A stretch of DNA of 64,000 bases from a virus. Shown piece by piece: positions 46,018 through 55,774 of this stretch. How positions within the stretch are numbered: the first letter of the stretch is position 1; each line of letters starts with the position of its first letter. Both the position numbers and the translations under genes were made by a program. The notes under the pieces are model-generated. The model was not told the DNA's origin, ran no database searches, and saw nothing but the letters and a program-made list of their open reading frames with translations. The stretch covers positions 1 through 64,000 of IMG/VR virus record IMGVR_UViG_3300032224_000591. One strand, written 5' to 3'.

Positions 46018-49000
46018 ATGCCTATTAATACAGACTTAAACATTGCACCATTCTTTGACGATTTTGATGCTAACAACCAGTACTACCGCATCCTATTCAG
46101 GCCTGGAACTGCTCTTCAGGCGCGTGAGCTTACGCAGATGCAATCTATTATGCAGGGGCAAATTGAAAATTTTGGTAACTGGGCATTTAAAGACGGTGAT
46201 ATTGTTTCTGGTTGTGCTATTACTGATCAGCCGCAGATTCCATATGTGCGTATGCAGGACGCTCAGACAAATGGTGCAGGATTTAGTCCTACATTACTAG
46301 CTAATACACGTCTAGTCAGTACTTCATCTAATCTTCAGGCGCGCGTTATCCTTGGAAAACAAGGTCTAGGAACAAACTATCCTAATACAAATATCCTGTA
46401 TATTACGTATAATAATACCGGCACGGCTAACCAACAGATTTTCTCTCCGAACGAGACGATTAATGTCTATTCTATTGCAAATGGTTCTCTAGTAGCTGTT
46501 GTCAATACGTTCTCAAATACTGCTAATGCTGCAGTTACTGTAACCGGTTATGCACATGGCATATCAGTAGGTGCAGGTGTCGTTTACTTAAATGGCAATT
46601 TTATTAAGGTATTAGCGCCTACTTATGGTATTGTTAATGCTTATGGTACGGCTGCTGGAAATAACTTTGTTGGTTTCCAACTAACAGAAACAATTATCAC
46701 CGAGAATCAAGATCCTTCGCTTCTTGATAATGCACTTGGTTATCCAAATGAGAATGCTCCTGGAGCATATCGTTTGAAGCTTGAACCAACACTTGTTGCA
46801 ATGGATCAGACAAAGGCTGCAAATACAGATGGGTTTAATCCAATCGCTCAGTATAGCTTTGGTAAGCTTGTCAGTAAGGCAGAAGCTGCTAAAGACTTTC
46901 ACTCGATTGTTGATGATGCTATTTCAACACGTATCTATGAAGAAGCCGGCAACTATGTTGTTAACCCATTTGTTGTTGACACTATCTCTAATGCAGCTGC
47001 CCCCGATGCAGCTAATGCCGCTAATGGTTCATCAGATGCTACTAAAGTTCTAGCTCGTATTAATCCTGGTGTTGGTTATGCACAAGGTCATCGCGTTGAG
47101 CTTATTTCTACGCGTTATGCACCAGTACGCCGCGGTAATGATACTAACTCTTATAAGTCACAACAAGTAACCTTTAACTATGGTAGCTACTTTGTTCTTA
47201 ATGAAGTAGTTGGTAGCTTTAATCTTACAACAGTTCAAACAGTTGATCTATACAATAAGACACAAACAGCTGTAACAAGCAGAACATTTGGTAACTTATC
47301 AGTTACTGGTACTAAGATTGGTACAGCCCAAGTTCGTTGCTTTACATATAACAGCGGTATCCCTGGATTAAGAGACGCAACTTATCTGTTACATGTATTC
47401 AATATTCAGATGATCGCCGGCTATAATGTTAATCAGGTTCTGTCTGTTTACCTAGCAGGTACACCAAAAGCTGCTGGTGACCTTTCAATTGCAGGTCTGC
47501 AATCTCCTTCCACAAAAGATCAGCTATATTCCGTCGGGCGTATTGGTCTTAAGTCATTAAGAGATTCTGCTAATAATAACAATACGCAATATGTTTATAG
47601 AACACAGAACACTGCTGCAACTATGCTTGCTAATGGTTATATCTCTGTATCACTTGGTGGTTCTGCTGCTGGTGGTACTGATATTCTACCATATGGTAAT
47701 ACTGGCTCTGCTACACTTGCTTCTGGTGATGGTCAGTCATTTGTTGTAATCTCCCTGGCTAATAACCAGACAGCTGCACTTACTGGTACACTAAACTGTA
47801 GTACAACTTCAAATGTTGTTACAGCATCTTCACCTATTCTAACTTCAACATTCTATCAGGGCGATCAAGTTCTTGTTGGATCTGAAATTAGAACTGTTAC
47901 AACAGTGTCTAATGCTACAACTATGCAGCTTGATGCTGCATGGACATCTGCGTGTACAACTGCTACGTACTATAAGTTTATCCCAGCTGGTAAGATTATT
48001 CCAATCTATCAAACCGGTTCAACTGGTGGTGTGTATATTACTAATAGTACAAGTTTTGCTGTTGCAACAAACTTAGCATTAGCAGCACCTTCTACTGTAG
48101 CCGTTACTTTTGATGTTCTTAGAACTGGCACAGTGCCTGCCCAGAAAGTTATCAAGAAGAATCGCTTTATCAAGATTCAAGCATCTAATAATGCAGCTGG
48201 ACCACAAGGACCCTATTCTCTTGGTGTAGCTGATGTTCATCAGATTAGAGCAATCTACGGTTCAGCTGATGGTTCATACACAACTAGTGGCGTAGATTTA
48301 TCGGCTGCATTTGCATGGGATCATGGGCAAAAAGATACTCACTATGACTATGGTAAGATTATTCCTACCGGTGGTTATAGCCCAACAACTTATCCATACC
48401 TACTAGTTCAGCTAGATTACTTTACTCCAAACACAACACCTGGTTCTGGGTTCTTTACTGTTGAGTCATATCCAGTTGATGATACAAATTTAGCTAATAC
48501 TAATGGTATTCAGACTAAAGACATTCCTTTATATATCGACGAGGGCGGAACCCAACGTTGGTTAAGAGATTATGTAGACTTTCGTATTCCTGCAAATAAC
48601 GTATCTGCAGATACTGGTGCAATTGATACCAGTAATTCAAGTCAAGTTACTACTGCAATTGCATCGGCTACAGTTAATCCTTCTAGCACATTAACTCTTG
48701 CAGTTCCTACAACAGGATTAATGTCACCTTCATATGGTAAGAATATGCAGGCAGACTATACTGTATATCTGCCCCGCAAAGATCTTGTCATGATCACACC
48801 AGACACAACGATCAAGATTAAAGAAGGTCTATCTTCAGTTGCACCTCAGTCACCATTATCACCTGACAATGGTATGACATTAGCAGTGCTAAATATACCT
48901 GCCTATCCTTCACTGACAACAGATCAGTTAGATTCTAATCGTCTAATTAATCAGAGATCTATTAATCTAGCTAGAGATACTTCAACTGCAATCTCTATTA

Positions 49001-49791
49001 CGCTAGTTATGAATCGTCGTTATACGATGAAGGATATTGGTAAGCTTGATAACCGTATTGGTAACCTAGAGTACTATGCTGCTCTTTCTCTTCTTGAGCA
49101 GAAGGCAAAGGCTACTAACATTACTGATCAGAATGGTTTAAACCGCTTTAAGAATGGTATCTTCGTTGATCCATTTACTGACTTCCTCGGTAGTGATGTT
49201 ACTAGTCCGGAATATTCGATTGCTATCGATAAAAGAAAAGGTGTCGCTAGACCAAAGTTTGTTACTGAAGTTATTAGACTTGATTATAACACAAGCACAT
49301 CAACAAATATTCAAAAGACTGGGCGTCTTTTAACTCTTCCTTACACATCTAACACGTTTATTAGTCAGCCATATGCTACTAAATATAGATCATCAGCACA
49401 CGTAGCATCTGCATGGAATGGAACTGTTATATTAGCACCATCTTACAGCAATCATGTTGATCTAAATAATACAGCTTCTGTAAGTATTACACTTGATAAT
49501 GCAGCTCCATGGCAACAGTTTGCAAACTCACCTATGGGTTCAAACTATGGTGCTTGGCAGACAACATCAAATGTTACATCTAATGTTGTTACAACTGGTA
49601 CTCAGAGTGTAGGTGATAATTTAATGGTCGAGCTTGGTTATCAGTGGATTGATAGTACTGCTCAAGCCGCAGTTGATGCAGCAATTAGTCAATATCAGGC
49701 TCAGGGTTATACAATTGGTGGAACTTCACTTACATTTACCGGCGCGCATGGCGGTATTGGGTCGAATGCATCTGTTACAAAAATTAGTTAA
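46018..49791 (+). CDS. VrlC/DUF4815-like large virion protein, N-terminal part
   Basis: LNIAPFFDDFD...ILFRPG..LQARELTQ.Q, APGA.R, RRYTMKDIGKL..RI.NLEYY and RFKNGIFVDPF motifs. Confidence 0.85.
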   Translation: MPINTDLNIAPFFDDFDANNQYYRILFRPGTALQARELTQMQSIMQGQIENFGNWAFKDGDIVSGCAITDQPQIPYVRMQDAQTNGAGFSPTLLANTRLVSTSSNLQARVILGKQGLGTNYPNTNILYITYNNTGTANQQIFSPNETINVYSIANGSLVAVVNTFSNTANAAVTVTGYAHGISVGAGVVYLNGNFIKVLAPTYGIVNAYGTAAGNNFVGFQLTETIITENQDPSLLDNALGYPNENAPGAYRLKLEPTLVAMDQTKAANTDGFNPIAQYSFGKLVSKAEAAKDFHSIVDDAISTRIYEEAGNYVVNPFVVDTISNAAAPDAANAANGSSDATKVLARINPGVGYAQGHRVELISTRYAPVRRGNDTNSYKSQQVTFNYGSYFVLNEVVGSFNLTTVQTVDLYNKTQTAVTSRTFGNLSVTGTKIGTAQVRCFTYNSGIPGLRDATYLLHVFNIQMIAGYNVNQVLSVYLAGTPKAAGDLSIAGLQSPSTKDQLYSVGRIGLKSLRDSANNNNTQYVYRTQNTAATMLANGYISVSLGGSAAGGTDILPYGNTGSATLASGDGQSFVVISLANNQTAALTGTLNCSTTSNVVTASSPILTSTFYQGDQVLVGSEIRTVTTVSNATTMQLDAAWTSACTTATYYKFIPAGKIIPIYQTGSTGGVYITNSTSFAVATNLALAAPSTVAVTFDVLRTGTVPAQKVIKKNRFIKIQASNNAAGPQGPYSLGVADVHQIRAIYGSADGSYTTSGVDLSAAFAWDHGQKDTHYDYGKIIPTGGYSPTTYPYLLVQLDYFTPNTTPGSGFFTVESYPVDDTNLANTNGIQTKDIPLYIDEGGTQRWLRDYVDFRIPANNVSADTGAIDTSNSSQVTTAIASATVNPSSTLTLAVPTTGLMSPSYGKNMQADYTVYLPRKDLVMITPDTTIKIKEGLSSVAPQSPLSPDNGMTLAVLNIPAYPSLTTDQLDSNRLINQRSINLARDTSTAISITLVMNRRYTMKDIGKLDNRIGNLEYYAALSLLEQKAKATNITDQNGLNRFKNGIFVDPFTDFLGSDVTSPEYSIAIDKRKGVARPKFVTEVIRLDYNTSTSTNIQKTGRLLTLPYTSNTFISQPYATKYRSSAHVASAWNGTVILAPSYSNHVDLNNTASVSITLDNAAPWQQFANSPMGSNYGAWQTTSNVTSNVVTTGTQSVGDNLMVELGYQWIDSTAQAAVDAAISQYQAQGYTIGGTSLTFTGAHGGIGSNASVTKIS

Positions 49792-49805
49792 TTTGGAGAT
49801 ATAAA

Positions 49806-52490
49806 TTGGCAGCCGTTCAAACCACATATACCACAGACGTTGAAACATCTACTCGCAGTGGTACCCAATTAACTGTTACAACAGATACTCAAAGACAAAC
49901 TGTAGGTAATTTTGTTACCGACATGTCAATACAGCCATATATGGCCGCTGAAGAAATCTCCTTCTATGCATATAATATGCGTCCAGGTTCACGTATTCAT
50001 TGCTTCTTTGATAGTGTTAATGTGGATGCTTATTGTGCACCTGGTGTATCAACTTCTGCAAATACAACATCAATTGACACGTCAACAAATGCTGCTATCG
50101 TAAAAACCGCTGCTTGGGGAACTGCAATCTATGCTGATTCTACCGGGCATGTGTATGGTAGATTTAATCTACCAGCAGGTAGATTTAAGACTGGTGATAG
50201 AGTATTCACACTAGCTGATACTACTAACCTAATTCTTGGTACTGATGCTTTAACAACTAAAGCTGCTGCTGTCTTTACAGCATCTAATATGAATGTCACT
50301 AAGTCAACAGTGACACTGACTACAATTAATCCTTTGATTGCAGTTATTCCGGTTTCACAGACAGTTGTTAATACGACTTACTCAAATACATCAATTGATC
50401 TACCTGACCTTCCTGGTGTTGTTTTTATTGATGCTCAGTGGGAACCTATTGCCCAAGCATTAAACATTAATACACCTCAGGGCGAAGCAGGCGTCTATGC
50501 GACATCGCTTGATTTATTTTTCAAGCAGAAAGCACAAATGCCTGGTGTTGACCATGGTGTTACTGTTTATCTGACAGAAATGAAGAATGGTTATCCTGAT
50601 GGTAAGTCTATCCTCCCATTCTCAACTGTGCATCTTAGGGATGCTGATATTAATATCAGTGAAGATGCAAGCGTAAAGACTACATTTGTATTCGAATCTC
50701 CCGTGTTCCTTAATAATAATATGGAATATGCTTTCATTGTTAAGCCCGATGCTAATGATCCAGACATCTGGGTGTATAGTGCATCTCTTGGTGATGTTGA
50801 TATTAAGTCTGGGGTTCAGGTATACAGCCAGCCTGTTACCGGTACGGCATTCTTTGGTGCTACCATGACAACATGGAGTGCTTTACAGTCAGAATACATC
50901 AAGCATAATCTAAATATTGCAGTCTTTAGTAATGCTCAGGGTGATGTATATTTTAATAACGCAAACTCTGATTTTGTAACTCTTCAGAATATTTCATTTA
51001 ATAATTCGAATAATACTATTTTACCTGGTGATACAATATATCAAGCAAGTAATAGTACACCTTCTACTGTATCTACATCGATTAATGGAATAGTTAGACA
51101 GTATGATAATACTAGAAATATCATATATGTTAGCAACTCGTCTGCAAATTTCACAAACAATGCCTTCATACAGGTACATAGATATGCTAACTCTACACTC
51201 AAGACATCCCCTGGGCCTAATACAACTACTATAATTGCTTCAGGTAATACGGGTGTACTTAATAATATTGTAGTCGATGGTATTTGTGGTCAGTTCGCAA
51301 CACTACTTCCTGCTGGTACGGGTATTGCATTTGACTACAAGGGCGCAAGCAATACATATCTAGCTGATTCAAATACTAACGTTATTACACCAGGTATTGA
51401 AACAGATATGTTTGATAAGGAAAGAATTGTAGCTAGTTTATCCAATGAAATAAGTGCTTCTAGTGGAAAGACTTTTACTATTCATGGTCGATTCCAGTCT
51501 GACTCTGCTCTTCTTTCACCGGCTATTGATCTAGTCAAAGCTAATGCTTTAAGTATTGCCAATCTAGTTGATCCAGTAGGATTTATCTATAATGAATACT
51601 ATAATAATGGTACATCCAAAACTAAGTATATCTCTCAAGTGGTTACACTAGCAAATGGTCAGGATGCACAGGATTTACAGATTCATATTACTGCGCATAA
51701 ACCAGTAGGAACTGATATTAAGTTATATGTAAAGTTCTTGAATAATCAGGACGTTGAGCCAATTGCCAATAAGACTTGGACACCAATGCTCAATCTAGGA
51801 TATAATATTTATAATACGGTTGAACCAAATGATATGACTGAGTTAGTTTATCAGACATTCCCTTATTATGGTCTAACTCCAACAACTGGGACTATCACTT
51901 CTTCGTTGGGTTCTAATACTATAACTGGTGTAGGAACAAAATTCCAGACAGAGTTAGTAGTTGGCCAATGGATTAATATGCCAGCAAACACAACTTATTC
52001 AGAAACAGCAAGACAGGTTATTGCTATTGCAAGTAATACCTCATTAACAGTGTCTAATACATTTGGTGTCGCATATACTGCAAATGCTTATTATGTAGTC
52101 CCACCACCAACTACAGCTTGGAAGTCTAATACATTCTCTACACTACAGACTGGTACAGTATCTGCTAACACAACAACTAATATTGTGACCGGTTCTGGTA
52201 CTAACTTCTTAAGCTTATTGCCTGGTCAGACTATTAGTTTTGCACAGGACAGCGATATTATTACAGGCATTACTAACTCAACGTCACTTACTGTACGTAC
52301 CCCATGGTCAGCCACTGTGTCAGCACAGACTTTCTATCTGGTAGCAACTGGTGGTGTTTCATACTTAAACTCTAAGAACAGTCTATTCACTAACTTCAGT
52401 CGTTTTCAAATCAAGATGATTCTACAATCAAATGATAGCTCTAAGGTCCCAATTGTTAGTGACATTAGAGCATTGGCTATGCAGCTCTAA
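49806..52490 (+). CDS. VrlC/DUF4815-like large virion protein, C-terminal part (TTG start)
   Basis: IQPYM, PIAQ, TSLDLFF, FESPVFL and FQIKMIL...VP.VSDIRALA motifs; GGAG RBS. Confidence 0.8.
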   Translation: MAAVQTTYTTDVETSTRSGTQLTVTTDTQRQTVGNFVTDMSIQPYMAAEEISFYAYNMRPGSRIHCFFDSVNVDAYCAPGVSTSANTTSIDTSTNAAIVKTAAWGTAIYADSTGHVYGRFNLPAGRFKTGDRVFTLADTTNLILGTDALTTKAAAVFTASNMNVTKSTVTLTTINPLIAVIPVSQTVVNTTYSNTSIDLPDLPGVVFIDAQWEPIAQALNINTPQGEAGVYATSLDLFFKQKAQMPGVDHGVTVYLTEMKNGYPDGKSILPFSTVHLRDADINISEDASVKTTFVFESPVFLNNNMEYAFIVKPDANDPDIWVYSASLGDVDIKSGVQVYSQPVTGTAFFGATMTTWSALQSEYIKHNLNIAVFSNAQGDVYFNNANSDFVTLQNISFNNSNNTILPGDTIYQASNSTPSTVSTSINGIVRQYDNTRNIIYVSNSSANFTNNAFIQVHRYANSTLKTSPGPNTTTIIASGNTGVLNNIVVDGICGQFATLLPAGTGIAFDYKGASNTYLADSNTNVITPGIETDMFDKERIVASLSNEISASSGKTFTIHGRFQSDSALLSPAIDLVKANALSIANLVDPVGFIYNEYYNNGTSKTKYISQVVTLANGQDAQDLQIHITAHKPVGTDIKLYVKFLNNQDVEPIANKTWTPMLNLGYNIYNTVEPNDMTELVYQTFPYYGLTPTTGTITSSLGSNTITGVGTKFQTELVVGQWINMPANTTYSETARQVIAIASNTSLTVSNTFGVAYTANAYYVVPPPTTAWKSNTFSTLQTGTVSANTTTNIVTGSGTNFLSLLPGQTISFAQDSDIITGITNSTSLTVRTPWSATVSAQTFYLVATGGVSYLNSKNSLFTNFSRFQIKMILQSNDSSKVPIVSDIRALAMQL

Positions 52491-52491
52491 A

Positions 52492-52704
52492 ATGACTAAT
52501 AAATATGTTAAGACGGATGTTGAGGGGCTAATTAAGGATACACAGTCAGGCGCAATCTTGAGTGTCGACCATGCTGGCCTTGCAGCTTATAAGAAACAAA
52601 AGAATGCATTGGATATGGCACGAAACACCTCTCAGAGAATAGATCAACTGGAAGGTGATATTAATGACATTAAACAGATGCTACAACTGCTTTTAAAGAG
52701 ATAG
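52492..52704 (+). CDS. small coiled-coil conserved protein
   Basis: GLIKD..SGAI...LEGDINDIKQML; ATG at 52492. Confidence 0.7.
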   Translation: MTNKYVKTDVEGLIKDTQSGAILSVDHAGLAAYKKQKNALDMARNTSQRIDQLEGDINDIKQMLQLLLKR

Positions 52705-52710
52705 GCTTAG

Positions 52711-53289
52711 ATGACAGTCCTAGTTCAAAATACTCTAACTACTAGTACGTTCGACTACTGGCGAAACCGTACAAACGAACTTGCGACTGCAATGTCAGTA
52801 TCAGTGCTCACTGTTAACTCTAACACAGCAACTGGTAATGCTGCGATCACTGGAACGTTCACTTCTAACGTAATCAATATCTCGAACGGTTCTAGTAATG
52901 TTGTTATTTCATCACCAACGGCTGCACAGAAGACAAGCGGCCAATATCTATTAAATGCTAATAACTCCTGGACATATGACGCAGTAAGCAATGGTTCATT
53001 TGTAACTACCGGCACTCTAATTCAGAATGTCGATAGTTTTGCCATGGCATCATTCAATGCAGCAAAGTATTTGATTAGCATTACTGACAATGTCGTTAAC
53101 AATTTTGTCGCAACAGAACTATTAGTCACACATAATAACAGTAACGGGTTTATCACTGAGTATGGTGGTATCAACACTAATACTGCGATTGGTGTGTTCA
53201 GTATTGGTGCAAATCTAACTCATGCAATCTTAAGATATACACCAACGACCGCTAATGCTACTATTAAATTTGCAAGGACGCTGATCTAA
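52711..53289 (+). CDS. virion structural/fibre protein
   Basis: TFDYWRNRTN N-terminus; AKYLISI...TELLV.H...TEYG C-terminal domain. Confidence 0.65.
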   Translation: MTVLVQNTLTTSTFDYWRNRTNELATAMSVSVLTVNSNTATGNAAITGTFTSNVINISNGSSNVVISSPTAAQKTSGQYLLNANNSWTYDAVSNGSFVTTGTLIQNVDSFAMASFNAAKYLISITDNVVNNFVATELLVTHNNSNGFITEYGGINTNTAIGVFSIGANLTHAILRYTPTTANATIKFARTLI

Positions 53290-53618
53290 TGTCTACGAAG
53301 GCTAATTTAGTCATCGATCAGGGAAGCACATATAATACTGAACTGAATTTAGCAGACCAGTATGGTGACCCGCTATATCTTGGTGGTTACACATGCCTAG
53401 CTCAGATTAGGAAGTGGTATACATCCACAAACTCAATCTCGTTTGCAACTTCTCTTAATGTCGCAAACGGCATTATTAGTCTATCTCTTACTTCAAATCA
53501 AACAGGAAGTATGTTAGCTGGCAGATACGTATATGACGTTGAGTTGACTGATGCCTCCAATAATGTTTCTAGGGTATTAGAAGGTATTGTTACTGTTACA
53601 CCACAAGTGACAAGGTAA
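53289..53618 (+). CDS. virion structural protein (BppU-N-like)
   Basis: ANLVIDQGST...GRYVYDVE...RVLEGIVTVTP. Confidence 0.75.
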   Translation: MSTKANLVIDQGSTYNTELNLADQYGDPLYLGGYTCLAQIRKWYTSTNSISFATSLNVANGIISLSLTSNQTGSMLAGRYVYDVELTDASNNVSRVLEGIVTVTPQVTR

Positions 53619-53624
53619 TCAGAG

Positions 53625-53849
53625 ATGACTAATACAATCACAGTTAAGCTTAATGACATGGGTGGGCTGACATCCCAGCTGCCAGTCACTATTAAGAATA
53701 CACCAACACTCGTTTCCGGCACTTTAAAGCTTGAAGGACTAACTAATATTGACACTACCCAGGAAGAGAATGGGTCGACCCTATTATATGACTCGATCAC
53801 TGGCAATTGGGTGGCTAGCCCACTCAATGTCGATGGCGGAAATTTCTAA
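53625..53849 (+). CDS. small fibre-associated protein (DGGxF C-terminus)
   Basis: NGSTLLYDSITGNW...DGGNF. Confidence 0.65.
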   Translation: MTNTITVKLNDMGGLTSQLPVTIKNTPTLVSGTLKLEGLTNIDTTQEENGSTLLYDSITGNWVASPLNVDGGNF

Positions 53850-53892
53850 ATCATAAATAGAAGAAACGAGAACCTAAAAAAGGGTCAACCAG

Positions 53893-55476
53893 ATGGCGAA
53901 TAATCAGATACAAATTAAGAGAAGTGCGCTTACAGCTGCACCGGGATCATTGGTCGCTGGTGAACTTGCATATGCTAATAGCACTCAAGTCCTTTACATC
54001 GGCTCTACGGACGGTGGAACAGTTGTTCCTATCGGCGGTTATAGAGCACCTGGTATACTAACTGCTAATCAAGCCCTTGTTACTAACTCAACGAGTGGTA
54101 TCAATAAGGTCATTGCTGCAAACCTCCAAGTAAGCTTTATCGAAGCTAACGGCTCAGGTAATACCGGTACTGCTGGTTACTTCTTGATGTCCGGTGGTGC
54201 AGGTTCGAACGTTTACTGGAGCACAACAGTTTCAGCAACGTCGTTAACCACTGGTAATACAACTCTTGGCACTGGTGGCGTTTCTGTTAATACTACAGCT
54301 GTTGAAGTAGGTAATAATACCGTCAACACCATGATGACCAATGCCGGCTATACCTTGAATGGTACGGTCTTCATTGCTAATACAACTGGTATGTACCACA
54401 CTGGCGCAGCAAATGCTGCATCGTTCACAGCGGGTCTAATCGGTACCGGTACTGGCGGCTTTAATGCCAATGCGACGGTTATGACTGTTGGTAATAACAC
54501 AGTTAACACTAACATCACCAACGGCAATATTACAATTAATGGTACGACGTTTATTGCTAACGTCTCTGGACTGTACCATGCCGGCACAGTTAATGCTGCA
54601 TCATATAGCATCGGCACTACTTGGGTTGCTAATTCGACTGGTATGTACCACACCGGTACAATTAATGCTGCATCATTAACAATTGGTACGACAACTACTG
54701 CTAACTCAACTGGTCTATATCAAACTGCTCTAACTTCTCTTGCAAATACCACACTAACTGGTACATATGCAAATGTTCAGGCTACAACGACTACAATCGC
54801 TGGTACGACAACAACCATCTCATCTAACGTTGTGTTTACCGGCGCAACTGTTAATGCAACATCATCTACCTTTAACGTCCGCGATGCAGTTATCTCCGGT
54901 AACCTAACGATCAATGGTACACTAACAACTATTGATTCTCAGAATATCATTGTTAAAGATCCTACAATCAAGCTTGCTGATAACAATACCACAACCGACC
55001 TAATCGATATTGGTATCTACGGTGCACAGGGTAATGTTTCTTCAACATATTACTCAGGTATCTATCGTCATGCAGCAGCTTCGACTCTAACTAATCCAGT
55101 CTTCAAGCTCTTTGCATCTACAACAGAGCCTACTACTACTGTTGATAACACAGCGATCGGTTATACCTCAGGTACACTTATGGCGTACCTGCAAACTCCA
55201 GCCGGTACTGGAGCATTTATTGCTAATGCTTCAGTTGTTAATATTACAGCTAATGCGACTATTTCTGTTGCGCTCGTTGCTAATAGCTTAACACTATCAA
55301 CTCCGCTAGCAGCTACATCTGGTGGTACTGGCTATAACACATATACTTCCGGGGATATTCTAGTTGCTAATACCGGAAATGCTTTAACTAAGCTATCACT
55401 AGGTACGAACGGCTACGTATTGCAGTCAAATGGTACTGCTCTAGTCTATGGTGTTCTAGATGGTGGTACATTCTAA
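53893..55476 (+). CDS. tail fibre protein
   Basis: IQIKRS....P.SL..GELAY N-terminus; ANxTGxYHTG repeats; DGGTF end. Confidence 0.75.
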   Translation: MANNQIQIKRSALTAAPGSLVAGELAYANSTQVLYIGSTDGGTVVPIGGYRAPGILTANQALVTNSTSGINKVIAANLQVSFIEANGSGNTGTAGYFLMSGGAGSNVYWSTTVSATSLTTGNTTLGTGGVSVNTTAVEVGNNTVNTMMTNAGYTLNGTVFIANTTGMYHTGAANAASFTAGLIGTGTGGFNANATVMTVGNNTVNTNITNGNITINGTTFIANVSGLYHAGTVNAASYSIGTTWVANSTGMYHTGTINAASLTIGTTTTANSTGLYQTALTSLANTTLTGTYANVQATTTTIAGTTTTISSNVVFTGATVNATSSTFNVRDAVISGNLTINGTLTTIDSQNIIVKDPTIKLADNNTTTDLIDIGIYGAQGNVSSTYYSGIYRHAAASTLTNPVFKLFASTTEPTTTVDNTAIGYTSGTLMAYLQTPAGTGAFIANASVVNITANATISVALVANSLTLSTPLAATSGGTGYNTYTSGDILVANTGNALTKLSLGTNGYVLQSNGTALVYGVLDGGTF

Positions 55477-55503
55477 TATTGACATTGATGGATCTATTAT
55501 ATC

Positions 55504-55740
55504 ATGAATACAGACCTTGTAAACCTTTATATTGAAAAACTACTCTCCGAAATAACTGAGTCTGTCAAGACTAGAATCTTGCTACAGACTCAGTTAACCT
55601 ACACGGAGCGCTTAAATAGTGAACTACAGCAAACTAATGATGAGTTAAAACGTGAGGTTGCTGGATTACAGGAACGTATTATCCAAGTAGAGGCTAACTT
55701 ACATAAGAAAGTCGCTGCTAAGACAAAAGATGATTTCTAG
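55504..55740 (+). CDS. small coiled-coil protein
   Basis: 78-aa ORF with heptad pattern. Confidence 0.6.
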   Translation: MNTDLVNLYIEKLLSEITESVKTRILLQTQLTYTERLNSELQQTNDELKREVAGLQERIIQVEANLHKKVAAKTKDDF

Positions 55741-55774
55741 ACCTCGGCTATATAGCTGATAATGAGGGAGCCAT

